DNA of 64,000 nucleotides from a virus (taxonomy: Duplodnaviria > Caudoviricetes): positions 1 to 64,000 of the IMG/VR virus record IMGVR_UViG_3300025715_000017; one strand, 5' to 3'. Position 1 is the stretch's first letter. Each line of letters opens with the position of its first letter. This document shows, piece by piece, positions 58,396 to 64,000 of this stretch. A model generated the notes under the pieces. That model searched no databases. It was not told the origin of the DNA and was given only the letters and a program-made list of their open reading frames with translations. Position numbers and translations under genes: made by a program.

Positions 58396-58457
58396 CAGTC
58401 CTACTGTACGGTGGGTGGCATTCAAAGGATCGCAAACACAGGAGAGTTAAGCAATGA
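58392..58457 (+). CDS. 21-aa micro-ORF coupled on both sides
   Basis: MTVLLYGGWHSKDRKHRRVKQ*, with ATGA overlaps at 58392-58395 and 58454-58457. Confidence 0.45.
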   Translation: MTVLLYGGWHSKDRKHRRVKQ

Positions 58458-59392
58458 GTCAAAATCGAGTAATGATCCCGCTCAACAAAATTGAAACGAG
58501 CAAGGTGGCATTACGCAAAGCGCAAACCGAGTCTGATGAGTTTAAGAATCTTCAGGCGTCAATCGAAGAATACGGTATTCTTCACAATCTCGTGGTTCGG
58601 GAAAGCACCACTGCGGAAGGTATGTATACGTTGATCGATGGTCTTCAGCGCTTCACCATCGCCAATCTGACCGGTCTTGAAGAGGTGCCGTGTGTTGTGT
58701 TGGATGCGGATGAACAGGGTGCCTTGCTGTTGCAGGTACAGGGCAATATCCAGAATGTGGCTACGAAACCTGCTGAATATGCGAAGCAGCTTGTTCGTAT
58801 TCTTGAGCTGGATACCACTGGCAAAATGACGCAGAATGATCTTGCAGAGCTGGTTTGCCAGTCTCCTGATTGGGTATCTGCGCGTTTGGCGCTGTTGCGC
58901 TTGCATCCTGAAATTCAGAAGATGGTTGATGAGGGTGTTATCTGCTTGCAGAATGCCCGTATGCTGTCGCAGTTGGATCAGGAAGAGCAGAAGCAGTGGG
59001 TGAAACGTGCCGCGAGTGTGCCTTCGGAGCAGTTTGTTCCTCAGTGTAAGGCCCGGATCATGGAACTCAAGAAGGCGGCTCGCGAAGGCAAGGACACTAC
59101 GCCGGAAGTATTCACGCCTGTGGCGAAGCGGCGTTCAAACAATGATCTCTTGACCGAGATCGAAAAGCCTGTTGCCCGCAATGCCCTTCTTACGCAGGAT
59201 ACCACTCCCGTTCAGGCGTGGAAGCTTGCTTTGGAATGGTCGATGAGTCTTGATCCTAAGACGATTGCAGAAGCAAAAGCAAAATGGGAATCTGATAAGG
59301 CTGCGCGTGAAGCACGAAAAGCTGAAAAAGCTGCCGCAAAGAAAGCTGCTGAAGAAGCAAAAGCCGCAGAGCTCGAAGAAGCAGTATTATAG
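58454..59392 (+). CDS. ParB/RepB/Spo0J-family protein with a K/A-rich tail
   Basis: 'LQASIEEYGILHNLVV', 'LIDGLQRF', HTH 'MTQNDLAELVCQSPDWVSARLALL' and tail 'ARKAEKAAAKKAAEEAKAA'. Confidence 0.85.
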   Translation: MSQNRVMIPLNKIETSKVALRKAQTESDEFKNLQASIEEYGILHNLVVRESTTAEGMYTLIDGLQRFTIANLTGLEEVPCVVLDADEQGALLLQVQGNIQNVATKPAEYAKQLVRILELDTTGKMTQNDLAELVCQSPDWVSARLALLRLHPEIQKMVDEGVICLQNARMLSQLDQEEQKQWVKRAASVPSEQFVPQCKARIMELKKAAREGKDTTPEVFTPVAKRRSNNDLLTEIEKPVARNALLTQDTTPVQAWKLALEWSMSLDPKTIAEAKAKWESDKAAREARKAEKAAAKKAAEEAKAAELEEAVL

Positions 59393-59396
59393 GGCA

Positions 59397-59487
59397 ACAG
59401 TAGCCGCGTGACTTAGCCCATCACTTGAATGGCTACTGTGTTGTGGTGCAGCACTTAATACTGCAAGTAACTGCACATTACTTGCAG
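59397..59487 (+). other. Two intergenic hairpins (possible RNA structure)
   Basis: ACAGTAGCC(59397-59405)/GGCTACTGT(59431-59439), and CTGCAAGTAA(59461-59470)/TTACTTGCAG(59478-59487), a perfect 10-bp stem. Confidence 0.6.
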
Positions 59488-59506
59488 AACTACAAGGAAT
59501 AAGCAT

Positions 59507-60148
59507 ATGACAAAAGAAACAAATTTGGCGATTTTCGATAATCTACCTCCAGTTACAGCACCACAGATCAAAGATGAAGTACAGACTTCGTTGTTGCCTT
59601 ATATTACGTTGGTGCAGGGTTTGAGCCAGTTAGCTGGCCCTCCGCATCAGATTCAAGCTGGCAAGTTTGTATTGCATACTGGAAAGAGCGAGTTTGAAGA
59701 GCTTGGCAAGGAATTTGATGCTTTCTTGCTGGATATGCGATACAAAGCTACGAGATGGCAAGATGAAAAGATGACTGTGATTACTGATCCTGATTCTCCG
59801 CTTTTCAGGGAGTTTCAATCTCTCGCAGAAGCCAATACAGATGGTTTCCGTTGGGGATATGAATTCTTGTTATACATTGGATCAATCGGTTCTTACGCCA
59901 CTTTCTATTGCAACAATATCTCCATGCGTATTGCGGCTACGCAACATCTTGCACCACGTATGCGGACAGTTTGCACAGTTAAGCAAGATTTCATCGAAGG
60001 CAAAACCCATAAATGGTGGAGCGTCAAAGCATCTGATTGTAATGAGCCTCTTGCTATCCCGCCGAATCAAGAAGAAGCAATTGAAAAGATCAAAAGCTTT
60101 CAAGTACACACAGCACCTACAGCAATAGAAGAGGACGAATTGCGATGA
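59507..60148 (+). CDS. Putative single-stranded DNA-binding protein
   Basis: Lies in the replication block, has an OB-like beta pattern ('LPYITLVQGLS', 'WGYEFLLY') and an acidic C-terminus (IEEDELR). Confidence 0.4.
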   Translation: MTKETNLAIFDNLPPVTAPQIKDEVQTSLLPYITLVQGLSQLAGPPHQIQAGKFVLHTGKSEFEELGKEFDAFLLDMRYKATRWQDEKMTVITDPDSPLFREFQSLAEANTDGFRWGYEFLLYIGSIGSYATFYCNNISMRIAATQHLAPRMRTVCTVKQDFIEGKTHKWWSVKASDCNEPLAIPPNQEEAIEKIKSFQVHTAPTAIEEDELR

Positions 60149-60483
60149 TTCCATTTTGTGTGAGTGCCCTGAATACTTCTTGGTGGAAACAGTGGGCGCG
60201 TGAATCAAATAAAAATGTGCCGGTATCCCATAAAGGTTTTTTGGGGAGTTTGAAAACGCTCGAACCTTATGTGGGTAAGAGACATTCAGCGGCACTCACA
60301 CAAATGGGTTTTATTTTTGATGAACATTACGAAATTCCCGGTGTAGGGCTGGTATTATTAGACCAGAACCCCGCTCAGACACTATATTTTGGTCAGGCAT
60401 CGGCCCTACACTGGCTTTCTTTAGATGATCCTAAAATCAATAATAGTTTAAGGAGTTTAGGTGTGTTGCAATGGTGGACTTAA
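60145..60483 (+). CDS. Hypothetical protein (112 aa)
   Basis: ATGA overlap with the upstream gene; no family recognised. Confidence 0.55.
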   Translation: MIPFCVSALNTSWWKQWARESNKNVPVSHKGFLGSLKTLEPYVGKRHSAALTQMGFIFDEHYEIPGVGLVLLDQNPAQTLYFGQASALHWLSLDDPKINNSLRSLGVLQWWT

Positions 60484-62360
60484 TAAGCCTTTTCAATGTC
60501 AAGGTAACTACGAATGAAAAAGAATATATATTTGAATTTCCATATAGGCGTGGCGAGGCATGGGAAACCTTAAAAAATGAGATCAAAGGGATGGAAGGCG
60601 CAAAGTTTCAGCCTTCGCCAAGGCCACATTGGCGAGCTAAGCGTACATTGCGTAATGAATGGGTATTAGAGTATCTGAAAGGCAATGATCCTTATGCGCC
60701 TTTTCGACAAGAATACCCTCAAGTAGAGCCTAATCGTGATGTTTTATTTCCACATCAAAAAGAGGCTTTGAGCTTTGTTTTAGCTAGACGGCAATGCATC
60801 TTAGCTGCTGAAATGGGGACGGGCAAAACTCTAGTAATTATCGAAGCGCTTGAGAAGATCAAGCCCACTTGTACGTGGTATGTGGCACCAAAGTTTTCTA
60901 TAGGGCAGATTCGTTTACTCTTCAAACAGTGGAATGCTAAAGTTATACCTACTTTTCTTTCGTATGGCGATGTCAAAAAGATTGTGCGAGAGTGGCCTAC
61001 AGGACATAAAGCGCCTCAAGCACTGATCTTTGATGAATCTGCATATTTGAAGACACCATCGTCTCAAAGAAGTGAGTTTGCTTTACATCTCGCTAACGGT
61101 GTACGATTAGATCATGGGGATGATGCACTTATAATATTAGCATCAGGCGCACCCGCACCTAAAAGCCCAAAGGACTGGTGGCATCAGTGTGAAGTTGCTT
61201 GTCCAGGGTATATCAAAGAGCGTAATATTTATGATTTCGAGCGCCGATTAGCCTTAATTCAAAAAGAGACATCTTTTGCTGGTGGTTCTTATCCGAAGAT
61301 CATAACTTGGTGGGATGATGAAAATAAATGCAAGGTTTGTGGCCAATATAAAAATCATTCAAATCACACCCGCACACTTGACGAGAAAATTGCAGAAGTT
61401 AAAAGTGGCCTTGATTCATTATTAGAGATCAATACATCTTTAACGGAAATGCCACACGCTTTCGAGCCAAGTATTAACGAAGTTGATCGCTTGTCGAAAA
61501 GGCTATCTGGCTTAGTTTTAGTGCAGTTTAAAAAGGATTGCTTGCAACTTCCCGAAAAAGTTTATAGAATCATTAAACTTGAACCGAGTGCTAAGATCAA
61601 AAGAGCCGCTTCCATGATTAGTAAGACATCAACAACTACCATCGAAGCACTTACACGCTTACGGGAGTTAAGTGATGGCTTTCAATATGCCCATGAACCT
61701 TCAGGAGAATTTGAAACTTGTCCACGCTGTCATGGCACTTGCAAGATTTTTGAGGGAGAAGAATTAGTTTGCCCTTCTTGCAAAGACGGCAAGGTGGAAA
61801 AGATGCGTCGTATCGCTAATCGTGTTTCATGCCCAAAAGATGCAGCTTTGCTGGAATTAATGGAAGAATGTGATGATCGCATAGTCATTTTCGGGGGATT
61901 CACCGAAACAATTGATCGTGTTTGCGAATTATGCCGTAGAGCAGGGTGGGATTTCATTAGGGCAGATGGCACAACTGGACATTTACCACATGGCATGTAT
62001 TGCACTATGCAATGTGGTGATAAATACCCATTAGAGATTTTCCAAGACAAGAAAGCATGTGACAAAGTTGCTTTCATAGCACATCCCGCTACAGCAAAGA
62101 CATCCTTGACATTAACGGCTTCTAATATGATTGTCTATTTCAGTAATACTTTTAATGCCGATGATCGTATTCAATCTGAAGATCGTATTCATCGTATTGG
62201 CATGGACGTTAATCGCGGAGCGGTTATTGTTGATCTTGTGCATTTGGAATCAGATATGTATGTACGCGATAATCTGAAAAAGAAACGAGTTTTACAAAGC
62301 ATCACATTAGGTGAGCTACAACAATATATGGAGGAAACTCATGAAAACGTGTGCAGTTGA
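60471..62360 (+). CDS. SNF2-family helicase/ATPase with Zn-ribbon insertions
   Basis: 'LFPHQ', Walker A 'AAEMGTGKTL', Walker B 'IFDESA', 'LASGAP' and motif VI 'QSEDRIHRIG'. Confidence 0.9.
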   Translation: MVDLISLFNVKVTTNEKEYIFEFPYRRGEAWETLKNEIKGMEGAKFQPSPRPHWRAKRTLRNEWVLEYLKGNDPYAPFRQEYPQVEPNRDVLFPHQKEALSFVLARRQCILAAEMGTGKTLVIIEALEKIKPTCTWYVAPKFSIGQIRLLFKQWNAKVIPTFLSYGDVKKIVREWPTGHKAPQALIFDESAYLKTPSSQRSEFALHLANGVRLDHGDDALIILASGAPAPKSPKDWWHQCEVACPGYIKERNIYDFERRLALIQKETSFAGGSYPKIITWWDDENKCKVCGQYKNHSNHTRTLDEKIAEVKSGLDSLLEINTSLTEMPHAFEPSINEVDRLSKRLSGLVLVQFKKDCLQLPEKVYRIIKLEPSAKIKRAASMISKTSTTTIEALTRLRELSDGFQYAHEPSGEFETCPRCHGTCKIFEGEELVCPSCKDGKVEKMRRIANRVSCPKDAALLELMEECDDRIVIFGGFTETIDRVCELCRRAGWDFIRADGTTGHLPHGMYCTMQCGDKYPLEIFQDKKACDKVAFIAHPATAKTSLTLTASNMIVYFSNTFNADDRIQSEDRIHRIGMDVNRGAVIVDLVHLESDMYVRDNLKKKRVLQSITLGELQQYMEETHENVCS

Positions 62361-62910
62361 TTTTGAAACTGGTGGCTTAACAGCGGGATTTCATCCAGCA
62401 CTTAGTGTGGCTATCGTGCCGCTACGTGATGATTTCATGCCCGATGACACTATTGAGCCATTCATTAGTGACATTGGCGTGGATAATTTGGATCGAATTG
62501 ATCCAGGTGCTTTGAAAGTCAATGGTAAAGTTATTGAAGACATCAAAGCAGCGGGCGACCGTAAAGATAGTGTTCGTGCTTTCTTTGAATGGTCAAGAGA
62601 AATGGGGAAATTTGCACCATTGGCTCAAAATTGGGCTTTTGATCGCGAGTTTTTTCAATATTGGATTGATCCTGAATTCAAAGCCCCGGCTATTCTTAAC
62701 AAGTATCTTGATTACCGCGCTCGTGATCTTGCGCGTGTTGTTTGCTATGCTATTGATCGATCCAAAGCAAAGAATGTTCCTTGCCAATTCAAAGGCATGA
62801 GCCTTGGCAAAATCTGTGAAGCCCTTGGAGTTGTGAATCGTGCACCACATACTGCCTACGGAGATGCATGTGCAACAGCCGAGTGTTACTCAAAACTGGT
62901 CAACATGTGA
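62341..62910 (+). CDS. DEDDh 3'-5' exonuclease (DnaQ-like)
   Basis: ExoI 'AVDFETGG', ExoII 'AQNWAFD' and ExoIII 'HTAYGDA'. GGAGG RBS before ATG 62341. Confidence 0.9.
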   Translation: MKTCAVDFETGGLTAGFHPALSVAIVPLRDDFMPDDTIEPFISDIGVDNLDRIDPGALKVNGKVIEDIKAAGDRKDSVRAFFEWSREMGKFAPLAQNWAFDREFFQYWIDPEFKAPAILNKYLDYRARDLARVVCYAIDRSKAKNVPCQFKGMSLGKICEALGVVNRAPHTAYGDACATAECYSKLVNM

Positions 62911-62920
62911 AACGGGTAAG

Positions 62921-63061
62921 ATGATGTTAGAAAGAGATGAAGAAATAACCATGTGCGAATGCTGTGAAGATGAACTTGCAACATCTGAATGCCCTGAATG
63001 TGGCATGATGTTATGTGATCTTTGCATGGAGGAGCACGAGTGTGATGCAGAAGATTGGTGA
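62921..63061 (+). CDS. 46-aa acidic Cys-rich zinc-finger miniprotein
   Basis: C-x2-C-x8-C-x2-C-x4-C-x2-C-x3-H spacing (CECCEDELATSECPECGMMLCDLCMEEH). Confidence 0.6.
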   Translation: MMLERDEEITMCECCEDELATSECPECGMMLCDLCMEEHECDAEDW

Positions 63062-63065
63062 TTAA

Positions 63066-63785
63066 ATGAAAGTTGCAGTATCTGACATATATGTTGATTG
63101 GAAATCTAATACTCGTGGAGCAGTTTCAGAAGAGGCTGCTGAGGATTTGGCTAGAAGTATAGCCAATTTGGGATTAATAAACCCAGTCACTTTAGCACCT
63201 TCTGATCCCAATATAACTTCCAAGCCATATACACTTATTGCAGGGTATACTAGATTTCTTGCTTGCCGTAAGTATCTTAATTGGGATGAGATTGAAGCTA
63301 CGCTTAATAATGCCGATGCTTTTCTAATCAGCATTGAGGAAAATCTCAAGCGTACTAATCTCACCATGTATCAAGAAGCAGTTTACTTGAAGCGCTGGAT
63401 TGAAGAGATGGGTGTACCTATGAGAGACGTGGCAAATAAGATCAATAGACCTGCCACTTGGATCAATGCCAGATTACAGTTATTGCAACTTGATGAAGAA
63501 ACTCAGCGCCTAGCAGATAGCCCCAATAAAGTAATTACACAAAAAGAAATTGGTGAGAAGTTTCGAGAACAAAAACCCGTTAAGAAACAGGAACCAAGAA
63601 AACCTTATTTGACAGGCAAGAAAAAGGATCCGCGTCCGCGATTAAACAATGAAATACAGGATGTGGTTCGTCAACTTGTGGATAAAGGACAAGCAGGTTC
63701 ACCTGTAGTAATTGCATTGAATTGGGCTTCTGGTTTAATTGCCAATCAAGAAATGATTGATCTCTTGGGAGTGGATGTTGAATGA
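63066..63785 (+). CDS. Second full-length ParB-family protein
   Basis: 'LARSIANLGLINPVTL', 'LIAGYTRF', 'SIEENLKRTNLTMYQEA' and HTH 'MRDVANKINRPATWINARLQLL'. Confidence 0.85.
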   Translation: MKVAVSDIYVDWKSNTRGAVSEEAAEDLARSIANLGLINPVTLAPSDPNITSKPYTLIAGYTRFLACRKYLNWDEIEATLNNADAFLISIEENLKRTNLTMYQEAVYLKRWIEEMGVPMRDVANKINRPATWINARLQLLQLDEETQRLADSPNKVITQKEIGEKFREQKPVKKQEPRKPYLTGKKKDPRPRLNNEIQDVVRQLVDKGQAGSPVVIALNWASGLIANQEMIDLLGVDVE

Positions 63786-64000
63786 GTATCACGCTTGACA
63801 CAGAAACTTGTGGCTTTCATGGCCCTATTGTCTTACTTCAATGGGCAATAGACGATGAAGAAGTGCAAGTATTAGATGTTTGGCGTGTACCTGCTAAGCA
63901 AGTATTGGAAACTATAGATTTCATCGCATCTCAAGAGATTATTGGCTTTAATCTTGCGTTTGACTGGTTTCATCTTTGCCAGTTGTACACCACTCTTAAA
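63782..64000 (+). CDS. Family A-type DNA polymerase, N-terminal 3'-5' exonuclease domain (runs off the window)
   Basis: ATGA overlap with the ParB gene. MSITLDTETCG (ExoI) ... IIGFNLAFDW (ExoII); the frame is open to the window edge. Confidence 0.7.
   Translation, partial: MSITLDTETCGFHGPIVLLQWAIDDEEVQVLDVWRVPAKQVLETIDFIASQEIIGFNLAFDWFHLCQLYTTLK

Noticed and set aside
54468-62360. Inteins or introns in the primase, helicase or terminase genes
   Set aside because: No intein splice-junction or homing-endonuclease motifs were seen, and protein lengths are explained by the recognised domains.
1-64000. Apparent abundance of GATC as evidence of Dam specificity
   Set aside because: This is an impression only; an observed/expected k-mer count and methylome data are needed.

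Overview
This window is part of a tailed dsDNA phage genome, siphovirus-like: long tape measure, tail-chaperone -1 frameshift and no sheath gene. It has three transcription blocks. (1) A + strand late block (384-49235): terminase, portal, scaffold, P22-coat-like capsid protein with an inserted domain pair, neck and tail genes, an 1862-aa tape measure, about 26 kb of large repeat-built virion proteins (1603, 4620, 1295, 668 aa), Dit/hub-like genes, a holin-like gene, three glycosyltransferase genes and a lipoprotein. (2) A - strand block (57143-49126): AEP primase-SF3 helicase, a split C5 methyltransferase, a PAPS-reductase-family protein, an adenine methyltransferase, small broken ORFs, an amidase endolysin, DUF4326 and a degenerate DEDDh exonuclease. 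(3) After a ~1 kb non-coding region of hairpin repeats and a ~510-bp nested palindrome (likely origin), a + strand replication block: three ParB-domain genes, an SSB-like gene, a SNF2 helicase, a DEDDh exonuclease and the start of a family A DNA polymerase. The most unusual signals are a shared N-terminal YP[LIV]IG[DA] motif on four virion-assembly proteins, nested domain insertions in the 4620-aa protein, and a DNA motif shared by the palindrome and the region upstream of terminase. No tRNA, CRISPR array, integrase or reverse transcriptase was recognised. All family assignments come from motif recognition by eye, not from database searches.
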